Source: a virus (taxonomy: Duplodnaviria; Caudoviricetes). Taken from it: a stretch of 29,140 nt of DNA. A program made the position numbers and the translations under genes. The notes beneath the pieces were generated by a model that had not been told where the DNA came from, made no database searches, and was given only the letters and a program-made list of their open reading frames with translations. Shown one piece after another: positions 1 to 9,361 of this stretch (positions are counted from its first letter, which is position 1; each line of letters starts with the position of its first letter). Location: positions 1-29,140 of IMG/VR virus record IMGVR_UViG_3300022925_001747; one strand, given 5' to 3'.

Positions 1-352
1 TGGGTTTAAGTTGAGTCATTTTGTGTATAAGATGATTACCTTCTGCCCAATGCCCTAACTGTTCTAGAGCATATCCGTGATAACCTTTGCGTTCAAATAA
101 GTAAGAATGATTTATGTGTGGGCCTGTTTTACTAGTCTTACTTAGCATCCAAGGTTTAGCAATAGCACGTCTATAACGTATGTATTCTACTTCGCCCATA
201 TTTACTTTGGCATACTCTTGTTCTAGTGGGCATAAGTCATAGCCTGATTGGTCAAACAAATATAACATATCTGCATTAGGACAATGCATCTGCTCTATTG
301 CACAACCCCAGGTTCGCCTGTCAGAAAATTTTTCGTTTGAGATTTCAAACAT
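1..352 (-). CDS. Hypothetical phage protein, 3'-truncated by window edge (MFEISNEKFSDRRTWGCAIEQMHC...HINHSYLFERKGY...KMTQLKP)
   Basis: Hand-translated and absent from the ORF track. ATG at 352 overlaps the upstream stop (TAATG); the frame stays open for 117 codons to the edge. Confidence 0.8.
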   Translation of the reverse strand, partial: MFEISNEKFSDRRTWGCAIEQMHCPNADMLYLFDQSGYDLCPLEQEYAKVNMGEVEYIRYRRAIAKPWMLSKTSKTGPHINHSYLFERKGYHGYALEQLGHWAEGNHLIHKMTQLKP

Positions 353-1032
353 TATAGTTGTGTTAAATCGTACCCAGAACTACTCCAGTCTCTGTCTTTA
401 GATGCTTGTAATACTTCTTCTTTAGTTACTTCTATAGGCCCGTAAGTTATCGGATATGCACAGCAAGGTACGGGAGGATTTTGTGTGCCTGTTGCATATA
501 GTTTGCCGGTCTCTGTATGTATTTTATATCGTTTGCCGTTGCCAAGTCCTGGCTCATCAAATGCTCTATTGATTACTCCTATATCTTCATAGTCCCACCA
601 TTCTTGGACACTTGCTGGTATACCTATTCGATTAGTTGAAATTTTTTCTTCTAGATTGTTTACTCCAGTTCCTCTCCAAACACCTTGGTCTACAATATCG
701 CCGTCTCTAGTTCTATATCCATCTACATAATTAGAGTGCATTTCACCTACTTCGTCTGGATAGTTTTCAAGTATCCATTTTAATTCAAGAGGCCATTCAT
801 CCATAGTTTCGTCTATGTTTAGTTCTTTTACTTTATCCCATATTTTTGTGCCGTCCATATTTAATATAGACTCTCCATTCATAGTAGGATACTTGCTAAT
901 TGTTTTAACCAATTCGCCGTTATCGTATTTCTTGATATTTTGACCGCCATCAACTGATTCGTATCTGAGGTTGTCACCGAGTGTGAAATGCATTACTCGA
1001 GACTCAGGATCATACTGCCAATCGATTTGCAT
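352..1032 (-). CDS. Hypothetical protein (226 aa)
   Basis: Long ORF tightly packed with both neighbours; no motif recognised. Confidence 0.75.
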   Translation of the reverse strand: MQIDWQYDPESRVMHFTLGDNLRYESVDGGQNIKKYDNGELVKTISKYPTMNGESILNMDGTKIWDKVKELNIDETMDEWPLELKWILENYPDEVGEMHSNYVDGYRTRDGDIVDQGVWRGTGVNNLEEKISTNRIGIPASVQEWWDYEDIGVINRAFDEPGLGNGKRYKIHTETGKLYATGTQNPPVPCCAYPITYGPIEVTKEEVLQASKDRDWSSSGYDLTQL

Positions 1033-1033
1033 A

Positions 1034-3283
1034 TTAACTTACGCCGCTAGGATCGTTATCGTCTTCTATGTCTAACTCTAATTTATAGTTAGCATCATCT
1101 ATAGCAGGAACTTCTAAACTGTTTTCCAAGTAATGTTTGGCACTACTCATATATGTTCCTGCTTTGGTAACTTTTGCTTGCCACCAATTAGGAAAGTCTG
1201 AATCTGGTAAGTCCCCTAACATTTTAAATAGTTCTACACAGTATTTGCCTGTTTGATATAATTGTCGTCTAATCATATCACGTTCATTGTCGACGTGACC
1301 TACTGCTACTTTTTTAACAGTACCCATATCGTGTACTGGATCAATTTCTACATCGTCTTCCATTACAACACTTTCGTTTACCTTGCTTTCAAAATCTAAG
1401 TTTGGTTCTTCTTGAGGTTGTTGACCTGGAAGTAATTCCATAAATCTTTTTGCTTTATTAGGCTCTCCAATGATATCACTTAATGCTTTAACCATTGCTG
1501 AACCTTCTTGTCTTTCTGCTGGTGCAAGTTTAGTAAAGTCTCCTGCAACCATTTTTTCTAGAGCATTTAGTGCCATACTAATATTATTAACACCTACTTT
1601 GTCTCTAATTCTGGATATGTCTCCAGTACTAACCATAGGATCTTCTGAAACTAAACCTGCTAGTTCTTTTATTCTATCTAAATCGTTATTCATTTCTACC
1701 TCTTCGTTGTGGTTGTGCCCTGGACACTCGCAGTCTTTTTCCATTTTGCCACAGCCTTCACATTTGTTAAGTCCTTTAGCCTTATTAATAGGAGCCATAT
1801 GTCTCATATGTCTATCCCACGGATCTTCCTCTGCTTCATCGATGTCTCTGTCTCTGGTGTCTTCTCTAGCACCTTCTAAACCTTTTTGTTGTACCATTGT
1901 GATATAATCTTGAATCACTTCGTTTGCATACTTCTCGTCCATACCTTCTGGATCTGGATACATTAAAGCACCTAAATCCTCTATACATTGCTCTTCGCTT
2001 TCGCAATTTTGTATTACACCTACGCAATCTGTCATAGCAATATCAAAAGCATTGCCACCTTCTTGTACATATTGTTCTAATGTGTACTCTTCGTCATCGC
2101 CATCAACTTTAAACTTAGTACCTTTTGGCATACCTTTTGCTTTTAGGTCTTGTACTTTTTTAGCAAATGCATTACCGCCTTCTTCTACATCACCTTCTTC
2201 TAATTCGCCTTGAAACTTTGCTACTACACCTTTGTTGTGAACTAAATCTTTAAGTTCGTTAAAACCTTCTGTTGATTGTAATTTAGCAAGGAACTTTTCT
2301 TTTGGTTGAGGTTTTTCAATAATATGTAATAGACTTCTTAATGCCATTGCTTCTGGAACTGAAACTTGAATGTCATCGCCGTCGTCTGTTTTAATATGTT
2401 GTACTGGTTTGTACTTGTCTGCATCAACTACGTCTTTGATTGATTCACTATCAATAATTTTTCCTAGTTGGTCATACACACTTTTTTCTTTAAAGCCTGG
2501 TCCAAACTCTGCATCGTCTGATGGTAAAGAGCCTGTATCTACTTTGTAATCATCTTCTTTTAATCCTGCGAGTTCTCGCATTCTTTTTAAATCTATTTGT
2601 TCCATTTGTTCTTCCTTTGCTAATTTGCTTCTAATTAAATTAAAAACCTCTTCATTGTATTTATCATATAAATCAACAAATGCCTGCTTTGCTGTATCGA
2701 CATCTCCGCCCAATATATTTCTTATTTCACTTGCACTTTTAACACTGAACCCTGCTACATTAAATGGTTTAGTATCTAATGTAATAACGTATGCTCTTCT
2801 ATTTTCTTTATCACCTACTGCTCTTATATCTTTTTCTTCTGCAGGTAATTTTTGCAATGCTTTTTCTTTGCCTTTCGCCGTCATTGCTAATCCTGTTGTA
2901 GGAAATTGAAATCTAGCATCAGGACCGTCCATATCTTTTTGACTTACTGCCAAATACAGCGAATTAGTGTCTTCGTCTATATCTAAAGCAGTCACATACT
3001 CTTCGATATTGTAAGGACTTGTTTTAACTTCCATAATAGCATCTGCGGGAATGCCTGCAAGTATCATCATTTGTTTCTTTTCTTCAAATGTAAACGGCGA
3101 ATCCGTATCATTTGTTTTGCCTGATGTTGCTATTACTACTTTGGAGTTAGGATATTGATTTTTAAGTGATTCATAAATGGACTTATGTCCTTTATGGAAT
3201 GGATGAAATCTACCAGGAAACACTACTACAGGCTCAATAGAGTCTGCTTCAAATAGTGCTAATATGTTAAAATTGTAATCCAT
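1034..3283 (-). CDS. Cytidyltransferase-like (HxGH nucleotidyltransferase) domain fused to a long acidic modular region; probable head-associated protein
   Basis: N-terminal VVVFPGRFHPFHKGH and SASEIR motifs. Repeated DLxRxxELAGL and EGGNAF modules, a CEGCG...CECPGH Cys cluster, and a C-terminal WWQAKVTKAGTYMSSAKHYLE module. Confidence 0.75.
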   Translation of the reverse strand: MDYNFNILALFEADSIEPVVVFPGRFHPFHKGHKSIYESLKNQYPNSKVVIATSGKTNDTDSPFTFEEKKQMMILAGIPADAIMEVKTSPYNIEEYVTALDIDEDTNSLYLAVSQKDMDGPDARFQFPTTGLAMTAKGKEKALQKLPAEEKDIRAVGDKENRRAYVITLDTKPFNVAGFSVKSASEIRNILGGDVDTAKQAFVDLYDKYNEEVFNLIRSKLAKEEQMEQIDLKRMRELAGLKEDDYKVDTGSLPSDDAEFGPGFKEKSVYDQLGKIIDSESIKDVVDADKYKPVQHIKTDDGDDIQVSVPEAMALRSLLHIIEKPQPKEKFLAKLQSTEGFNELKDLVHNKGVVAKFQGELEEGDVEEGGNAFAKKVQDLKAKGMPKGTKFKVDGDDEEYTLEQYVQEGGNAFDIAMTDCVGVIQNCESEEQCIEDLGALMYPDPEGMDEKYANEVIQDYITMVQQKGLEGAREDTRDRDIDEAEEDPWDRHMRHMAPINKAKGLNKCEGCGKMEKDCECPGHNHNEEVEMNNDLDRIKELAGLVSEDPMVSTGDISRIRDKVGVNNISMALNALEKMVAGDFTKLAPAERQEGSAMVKALSDIIGEPNKAKRFMELLPGQQPQEEPNLDFESKVNESVVMEDDVEIDPVHDMGTVKKVAVGHVDNERDMIRRQLYQTGKYCVELFKMLGDLPDSDFPNWWQAKVTKAGTYMSSAKHYLENSLEVPAIDDANYKLELDIEDDNDPSGVS

Positions 3284-3289
3284 TAACAG

Positions 3290-3296
3290 TATTTAT
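3290..3296 (-). promoter_or_regulatory. T4-late-like promoter ATAAATA, 6 nt before ATG
   Basis: Minus strand GATAAATACTGTTAATG; the motif recurs upstream of many genes here. Confidence 0.6.
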
Positions 3297-3301
3297 CTTA
3301 T

Positions 3302-3973
3302 TTAGATAGAAACTGATTGAGGATCCTTTAAGTGTAATGAGTCAGCAGTTACTTGTCCTGTTATAGTTAAGCAGTATCTGGGCCAGTAACCTACGTTACC
3401 TGTTGCGTGATATACTCCTTCTCTCCAACAATGTATGTCTCCTATTCTATATTGATGTATAGGTGTATTACCTATTAACACATAGTGACCCCAATTCCAA
3501 TCATTAAGTTGTACTAAGTATCTAATAACTTCTGCATCATCGCCTACTTTAGCAAAATTTCTTCTATAGTTGTTGTAACTATCTCTATGCCAAGGAATGG
3601 ATCTTCCCGGAGGTTGTTCTAAAAACATTATTTGTGGATCTTTAAGTCCACTTAACTCTGCCATTTTGTGAAACTCTTCTGGTAAATCATTACGTCTTTG
3701 ATTGCCGCCTGTGTTATAACTTGTAAAACCTGCACGAGTCAAATCATTATGATATCCTTCCATTATTTCTGCGGCTTCATCGTTATAAGGCTTGCCTTTA
3801 AATGAAACTTCATCATATGCATCGTCTGATGTAAACTGTGATGCTGTATTGGCAACAACATCTGCTAAATCTTCTTTTACAAATCTCCCTACATACTGTA
3901 CATCGACTTCTTTACTTGATGGATCAAAGTGCCAATCAAAATTTTCCTTGTTCCATTTCCAATAACTATCCAT
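3302..3973 (-). CDS. 2OG-Fe(II) oxygenase/cupin-like protein
   Basis: HxD motif (IPWHRDSY) and distal His (GVYHATGN), followed by R-Y-C-L-T-I-T-G, typical of double-stranded beta-helix oxygenases. Confidence 0.65.
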   Translation of the reverse strand: MDSYWKWNKENFDWHFDPSSKEVDVQYVGRFVKEDLADVVANTASQFTSDDAYDEVSFKGKPYNDEAAEIMEGYHNDLTRAGFTSYNTGGNQRRNDLPEEFHKMAELSGLKDPQIMFLEQPPGRSIPWHRDSYNNYRRNFAKVGDDAEVIRYLVQLNDWNWGHYVLIGNTPIHQYRIGDIHCWREGVYHATGNVGYWPRYCLTITGQVTADSLHLKDPQSVSI

Positions 3974-4505
3974 AAACTTCCTCTGGTTTGTTTACAAATT
4001 TTGTATTTCTAATTAAGTCATAGTCTAATTTGTAAATGTCTTTTATAATATTTAAATCTGCCACGTTTAAAAACTTAGTGCTGGAATAAAAATGCTTGTG
4101 GGTTAAGAATTTTAAATTATAAAAATTTTCTATATCTTTTAATACATTTTTATTCATATAAAAATAATCTATATGCGAATCTTTAGGTAATTGTTCTAAA
4201 AACTTGTATTGAGGTACAAAGTGTTCGTCATCTGAAATTAATTCATATGATCCATTTTTATTTTTAATTTTAGGAAACTTCCTAAGTTGTTTATCATCGG
4301 CTGTAAGATGCATATTTATAGCACTTATAAATCTTTCTAATGGATCTCTTAAAATTGCACAAACTCTTTTGGGTGTTATATCAAAAATGTTTGCTTCTTT
4401 CTGCCAATCTTCTGATAATGTGTGTCTAATACTGGTTGTTAAATTCTTTGGTATTAACAGTATTGCTAAATCATTTACTTTATTATATGCACACCGTCTA
4501 TCCAT
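3966..4505 (-). CDS. Sulfotransferase family protein (Sulfotransfer_2-like)
   Basis: 5'-PSB-like IPKNLTTS, 3'-PB-like LRDPLERFISA, HFVPQ and C-terminal YKLDYDL. Confidence 0.7.
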   Translation of the reverse strand: MDRRCAYNKVNDLAILLIPKNLTTSIRHTLSEDWQKEANIFDITPKRVCAILRDPLERFISAINMHLTADDKQLRKFPKIKNKNGSYELISDDEHFVPQYKFLEQLPKDSHIDYFYMNKNVLKDIENFYNLKFLTHKHFYSSTKFLNVADLNIIKDIYKLDYDLIRNTKFVNKPEEVYG

Positions 4506-5349
4506 TATATTTCGAGTTCCTTACTAATTCCTCTGCCATTTCGCCCCACATTCTTCCTGCTCTTGGGCCTTTGTTTTTTGTTCCGTCTGACTCTCCAGGT
4601 ATCTTTATCCATAAAAGAGCGTCGCATTTATCTACATTTGTATCAGTAGTTGGCAACTCTCCTAAGGCTCTTCCTGGAGGGTTACACCATTCGTTCCCAT
4701 AAGGACCATTACCATTGCGACTAGTGTCTATTACAAAGTAATCATTGGGACGGTGCTCACAAACTTTAAGTGCCCACTCTGTACATTCTTTTGTTGTCCT
4801 ATAATTACTTATATTTACACTAAATCCTCTAACTTTGTTATTAGATACGGCATCTAGCAGTTTACCTGCTTCACTAGGATCAAGCCAATTGCTGTGTCCT
4901 ACGTCTACATATACTATTGCATTAGACTTTTCAGTAAGCATATTCAATGCTGTTTTCATCATTTCAAGCCGCCATAGGGCGTCTGCTTTGCTCATATGAG
5001 TAGTATGTGGCAATGCATCTGGCTCAAATATAACTATGGGTTTTCGTTGTCCTATACCTTCTGCAAATTGTTCAATGAACGAATAATAGTATTCTTCTGT
5101 TCTAGCACCACCTTTGCTGTATTGACCTACATCTCGTTGGGGTAGATTGTATATACAAAATATAGGCTCTTTGTCTCCTGCACGTTTGTACAATCTTTGC
5201 AAACTTTCTTTTAATTTCTTTACTGGACGTTTATCTCGTTGACCATACCATAATGCTAATGGCTGTTTGAATATTATTTTACTTAAAGGGTATTGTTCTT
5301 CATAGTCTCTAACACGGTTATAGTCCCATACCCAAAACGGATACTGCAT
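4498..5349 (-). CDS. Glycoside hydrolase family 6 (Cel6A endoglucanase-like)
   Basis: GH6 motifs in order: IYNLPQRD, FEPDAL (catalytic acid), YVDVGHSNW, GFSVNISNY, FVIDTSRNGNG, WCNPPGRALG, LWIKIPGESDG. Confidence 0.92.
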   Translation of the reverse strand: MQYPFWVWDYNRVRDYEEQYPLSKIIFKQPLALWYGQRDKRPVKKLKESLQRLYKRAGDKEPIFCIYNLPQRDVGQYSKGGARTEEYYYSFIEQFAEGIGQRKPIVIFEPDALPHTTHMSKADALWRLEMMKTALNMLTEKSNAIVYVDVGHSNWLDPSEAGKLLDAVSNNKVRGFSVNISNYRTTKECTEWALKVCEHRPNDYFVIDTSRNGNGPYGNEWCNPPGRALGELPTTDTNVDKCDALLWIKIPGESDGTKNKGPRAGRMWGEMAEELVRNSKYNG

Positions 5350-5350
5350 T

Positions 5351-5910
5351 CTATTTCCTTATTTGACTAAACTTCTTTAACAGTTTATCTCTTTTCTTTA
5401 TAGCACGTTGTAGTTTAAAGTCGCTGGCATATTCAATGAACAATCTGCCATCCAAGTGGTCGTATTCGTGTTGGAAAATACGTGAATCCCACTCGTCTAA
5501 TTCTTCTATTACTTCTTTCTTATTGGAGTCTTGATACTTGACCTTGATTGTTTTAGGTCTGGTTAAGTGAATAAACAATGCAGAAAACTTAAACAACCTT
5601 CTTCCATAGTTACTTGTTCATCGCTTACATCTAATATCTCTGGATTGTATATTCCAATGTGTCCTTTGGTTGAATGACGCATAGCAAAGAATCTAACAGC
5701 ATCGCCTACTTGCGGAGATGCTAATCCAATACCATAATTATGTACCATAGTATTAAACATTTTTTCTTCGTGTCCAACTACTTCACCGTCGTTACTCCAA
5801 ACCAAGTCACTGTTAAAAGGATCTAAGTCTATTTTTACTCTTAGTATAGGATCGTTAGTGGGTACTAAGTTTAATTTTTGTATATCGTTTGCGTCTACTA
5901 CATCTACCAT
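5351..5910 (-). CDS. def: Peptide deformylase, split by a 1-nt frameshift near 5583 (probably a sequence error, otherwise a pseudogene)
   Basis: GIGLASPQVG and EEGCLS lie in ORF 5563..5997 (likely start ATG 5910); QHEYDHLDG lies in ORF 5351..5596. Adding one C gives CLSFPALF and a 186-aa protein. Confidence 0.88.
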
Positions 5911-6281
5911 AAGTTTATTCCTGTTGCTGTTACAAATTCTATTATAACAAAATAAGTAATCAAATGCAAGAGTTGATCCGTTCCGTGTAATACCCAAAAC
6001 ATTTGATCTGCAGAACTGTATTTATTCCTTCGCATTAAATTACTTTTGATGTAATCTATATGATAGTGTAATACAAAATCAAACACAGAAGCAATTAATA
6101 GTAGATTTAAATCTATCCCAAAATATAATAAAACTAAGAAAGTTCCTACGCCGTGAGCAACCGAATGTGATAATCCTTTGATGTTTCCGTACTTACCTTT
6201 GTTAAGGTACATAAAAGGAAATTGTAAGTAATAATCTATTACTATGTGTTTAATAATAAAGCCAAGCCATAATGTATTCAT
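5904..6281 (-). CDS. DUF3307-like membrane protein
   Basis: H-x3-D-YYLQ, HSVAHG, LHYHIDYIK and DQLLH pattern with hydrophobic helices. Confidence 0.7.
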   Translation of the reverse strand: MNTLWLGFIIKHIVIDYYLQFPFMYLNKGKYGNIKGLSHSVAHGVGTFLVLLYFGIDLNLLLIASVFDFVLHYHIDYIKSNLMRRNKYSSADQMFWVLHGTDQLLHLITYFVIIEFVTATGINLW

Positions 6282-7090
6282 TATAAGCCTGAGCCGACTC
6301 CTTTAGCATTTTTTCGTTCTTCCTGCCATTCCTCATAAGGATTTATTTCGTTAGTTAGAACTTTGTTAAAATATTCTTGTGTTTCTGGTTGACCAATCTT
6401 TCCACAGAACCAACTGATTTTGTGCATACAATGTTCCCTTGCTTTGGTCATATTAGGATGTTGAAAGTCTTCAGGATCATTTGGATTGCCTTCTTTGTAT
6501 ACTCTATTTCTAAAAGTATCATCATCGTTGTTGCCTGTAAGGTCAAATCTATCGTGTAAAACATCTATGTCAATTGGTTTTAATACATCTAAAGCCTTTG
6601 CTATTGTGCTAACCCAAGCATCGTTTTGTGCATTTAAACTAAAATATCCTATTAGCAAATACCAATCAATTGGCACAATAGGAAACAATGCGTATGGGTG
6701 TGGATGGTTTGTTTGATTCATTTTGTATACTGCAAACTTGTCTTCTTGCTCTGCTAATACAGTATCCCACCCTTTTGTTTGTAGTATACAATCATCGTTC
6801 CATAACACCAAGTAATCGCCTGATGCATATCCGCATAAAGCATTTACATATTCGTGTAGTTTGCTATATCCCAAAGGATTAAACTTTAATACTTTAGTGT
6901 CGTTGTTGAAGCCTTCTAATATCTTAGGTAACTCATTTGCTACATAGTCTGCTGTGTCTTGGTCATCATTGTCTACGCCAATTAATAATTCAATCTCTGA
7001 AGGATTATCTGCTGTTTCCATAATGCTGAGAATGGACTTCTCTAACATTTCTTTTCTTTCCCTTGTGGGTATTAAAAATGATGTTCTCAT
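6281..7090 (-). CDS. Glycosyltransferase, GT-A fold (GT2-like)
   Basis: SFLIPTRER, LLIGVDNDD and YLVLWNDD (DxD-like) motifs. Confidence 0.75.
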   Translation of the reverse strand: MRTSFLIPTRERKEMLEKSILSIMETADNPSEIELLIGVDNDDQDTADYVANELPKILEGFNNDTKVLKFNPLGYSKLHEYVNALCGYASGDYLVLWNDDCILQTKGWDTVLAEQEDKFAVYKMNQTNHPHPYALFPIVPIDWYLLIGYFSLNAQNDAWVSTIAKALDVLKPIDIDVLHDRFDLTGNNDDDTFRNRVYKEGNPNDPEDFQHPNMTKAREHCMHKISWFCGKIGQPETQEYFNKVLTNEINPYEEWQEERKNAKGVGSGL

Positions 7091-7091
7091 A

Positions 7092-8165
7092 TTATTTCTT
7101 CTTTGTTACCTGTTCCATTTCAACTGGAGCCGCTGGTTCAGGTGGTATTTGGTTATTTGCTACTTGTGGAGTTCCGCCTTCTGGTAGTAATCTAATTGGT
7201 CTGTTATCCATACCGTGTTTGTATAGTTCTCCTACGTTAGACACATTGTCTCCTCCAATAATTTTTCTAACGTTGCCTCTAAATGTGTAATGACCACTAT
7301 GATTAAGTGCTACTCTAGGGTCTAACCAAATTTCCCCTCCCATATCTTGCCAACGTCTGCAGAATGTATAGTCCTCTGACAAGTAACGTCTGCTGTCTGG
7401 ATCAATTATACAATCAAATAGTGCATACATAAATGGTTCAAATTTAGGATCAATATTCAAATCGTTGTTATATTTAAATTCAGGATGCTTGTCAAACATT
7501 TGTTGTATTGTGTCTCTTCTAATACACATAAACCCTGTGCCGCCATCTAATAATTTTATTAAATTATCTGTAATTCTGATATTAGGCATTTTGTTGCCAT
7601 CTTCATCTTTTTCAAAATCAAAATTTACAACATAGTTTGAACTATGTCCTTCAATAGTGTTAGGATTTTCACTAGGATCTCTTCTAGCCGCACTAATAAT
7701 ACTGTCCCAATTGATTGCTTTTTTAGGATAGGCGCCAACTGTAATAGGCTTATCGTATGCCATCATTCTTAAAACATCTTCTGGATTAAACTCAATATCA
7801 GCATCAATAAAAAATAAATGTGTTGCTGTGGTATTCTCCATAAAGAAACTAACTAGTGTATTACGTCCTCTTGTTATAAGGCTTTCGTTTGCTAGTGTGC
7901 TAATAGTGTATTGAATATTATACTGAGCACACATTAAAACCAGTTTCATCATACTTCTAAAGTAAGGTTCTAGAATTTGTCCGCCATAACAAGGTGTAGC
8001 AATAAACAGGTGTTTATTTTGAAAAGATTCAACAGGTATTTCAATTTTTCTTTCTAAAAGATTATATAAGGTCTGTTCTTGTGGAGTAAAAGATGCTTTT
8101 CGTTCTGATGCTTTTTTAGACTTTAGTTTGCCTGAGGTCTTTTTCTTTCTAGGTTTGTTTGACAT
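7092..8165 (-). CDS. Glycosyltransferase-like protein, GT-A fold
   Basis: FIATPCYGG, ESLITRGRN, HLFFIDADI (DxD), GTGFMCIRR, YLSEDYTFC, LNHSG; basic N-terminal tail; SD AAAGGA. Confidence 0.78.
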   Translation of the reverse strand: MSNKPRKKKTSGKLKSKKASERKASFTPQEQTLYNLLERKIEIPVESFQNKHLFIATPCYGGQILEPYFRSMMKLVLMCAQYNIQYTISTLANESLITRGRNTLVSFFMENTTATHLFFIDADIEFNPEDVLRMMAYDKPITVGAYPKKAINWDSIISAARRDPSENPNTIEGHSSNYVVNFDFEKDEDGNKMPNIRITDNLIKLLDGGTGFMCIRRDTIQQMFDKHPEFKYNNDLNIDPKFEPFMYALFDCIIDPDSRRYLSEDYTFCRRWQDMGGEIWLDPRVALNHSGHYTFRGNVRKIIGGDNVSNVGELYKHGMDNRPIRLLPEGGTPQVANNQIPPEPAAPVEMEQVTKKK

Positions 8166-8180
8166 AGTGTTCCTTTGAAT

Positions 8181-8187
8181 TATTTAT
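8181..8187 (-). promoter_or_regulatory. T4-late-like promoter ATAAATA
   Basis: Minus strand AATAAATAATTCAAAGGAACACTATG. Confidence 0.5.
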
Positions 8188-8223
8188 TAAGTGTATTTAA
8201 CCGTGTGCAAACCTTTATTGAGT

Positions 8224-9135
8224 CTAAAACCGGCTGTTTTTTATTTGTTCTACTTTATCTTTTTGCGTTTGTATAAATTTATCTAAGTTGTTCCTGTTGT
8301 GTTCTATCTTAGGTAGTAGTCTACTATAAACTTGATTTAAATCTACATCTTTTAGTTGCTCTAAAACTCTATTAATCATTTGTATTTGTGCGGGCCATTG
8401 CATTTCATTATTATATTCTATATCAAAATCTTCCCAAAACAATTCAAACCCTTGCTGTTTTAAAAAATCGTTGATGTATATGTTTGAGAAATGTAAGAAA
8501 GGTCTCATACCATATATAGGCTTCCAAGTCTTTTCACTTATAAAGATATTATTAGGGTCTCTCCATTCATATTGTGTTTCACTAACTATATTAATTAAAT
8601 GGCTGTTCCACACTTTCATATCTCCCAAACTGTTTATGTCATTTGGAATATCCCAATCTCCTTTTTGTTCTTTGCCTAATGTAGCAGTACCAAATGCTTG
8701 AAACTTCTGTAATGTCTGGTAAAGATCCCAACGTTGTCCTGTGTTCTTTCTTTGATAGCATAAAAAAGATTTAGTAAAGTCTCCAGTAAGTTCTTCTTTG
8801 GTGTACTGTTTAAATTGACCTGACTTATCAAACCCTAAACACCAATAGTTTAAATAGTCATCTGTATTACTGCCAACCACTCTAATGTTGTTTCTTTTGT
8901 TTGCTTCTGTTAGGTGCGGTAATAAATTAGTATTGTTCTCTCCTGGGAATACAGGATCGTAGCAATTGAATACTAACACATTGTCTGCTGTGCTGTTTAA
9001 GAAGTCGTAGAAAGGTAGTTGTTGCCAACTGACTGTTGCAACTGTGTGACTATCATCTTTAAACTGTTCTAACCAATTAGCAAAATTACTAACTGATTTG
9101 TCAGGATGATTGATGCTCTCTTGTATCAAATCCAT
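8224..9135 (-). CDS. Hypothetical protein, possible GT-B/GT10-like glycosyltransferase
   Basis: INIVSET...FISEKTWKPI...PF motif resembles the GT10 donor-binding 'EN...Y(I/V)TEK' motif; lies next to GT genes. Confidence 0.5.
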   Translation of the reverse strand: MDLIQESINHPDKSVSNFANWLEQFKDDSHTVATVSWQQLPFYDFLNSTADNVLVFNCYDPVFPGENNTNLLPHLTEANKRNNIRVVGSNTDDYLNYWCLGFDKSGQFKQYTKEELTGDFTKSFLCYQRKNTGQRWDLYQTLQKFQAFGTATLGKEQKGDWDIPNDINSLGDMKVWNSHLINIVSETQYEWRDPNNIFISEKTWKPIYGMRPFLHFSNIYINDFLKQQGFELFWEDFDIEYNNEMQWPAQIQMINRVLEQLKDVDLNQVYSRLLPKIEHNRNNLDKFIQTQKDKVEQIKNSRF

Positions 9136-9145
9136 AATGTTTTGT

Positions 9146-9171
9146 AAAAAAGGCGAGCATACACCCGCCTT
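9146..9171 (-). terminator. Rho-independent terminator
   Basis: Minus strand AAGGCGGG-TGTATG-CTCGCCTT hairpin running into TTTTTT, downstream of tRNA-Glu. Confidence 0.8.
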
Positions 9172-9280
9172 CTGTATTATCTACATACGTTGGTTTAAGT
9201 CGCACGTTTTGACTGCAAATATTGGTTTTTAGTTTTAAGAGTCTCCAACCTCCCGGGCACCCGGGTAACCGCTCTATGAC

Positions 9281-9355
9281 TGGCACCGCATAGGAGGATC
9301 GAACTCCTGTTGCCGAGATGAAAACCCGGTGTCCTAACCACTAGACGAATGCGGC
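9281..9355 (-). tRNA. tRNA-Glu(TTC)
   Basis: GCCGCAT acceptor stem, anticodon arm CCGGG-TTTTCAT-CTCGG, GTTCGATC T-loop, encoded CCA. Confidence 0.95.
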
Positions 9356-9361
9356 AAAATT

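Noticed and set aside
9228-9276. preQ1-I riboswitch resemblance (AGAG...CTCT followed by TAAAACTAA)
   Set aside because: The loop is far longer than in the aptamer, lacks the expected loop residues, and no que or transporter gene follows.
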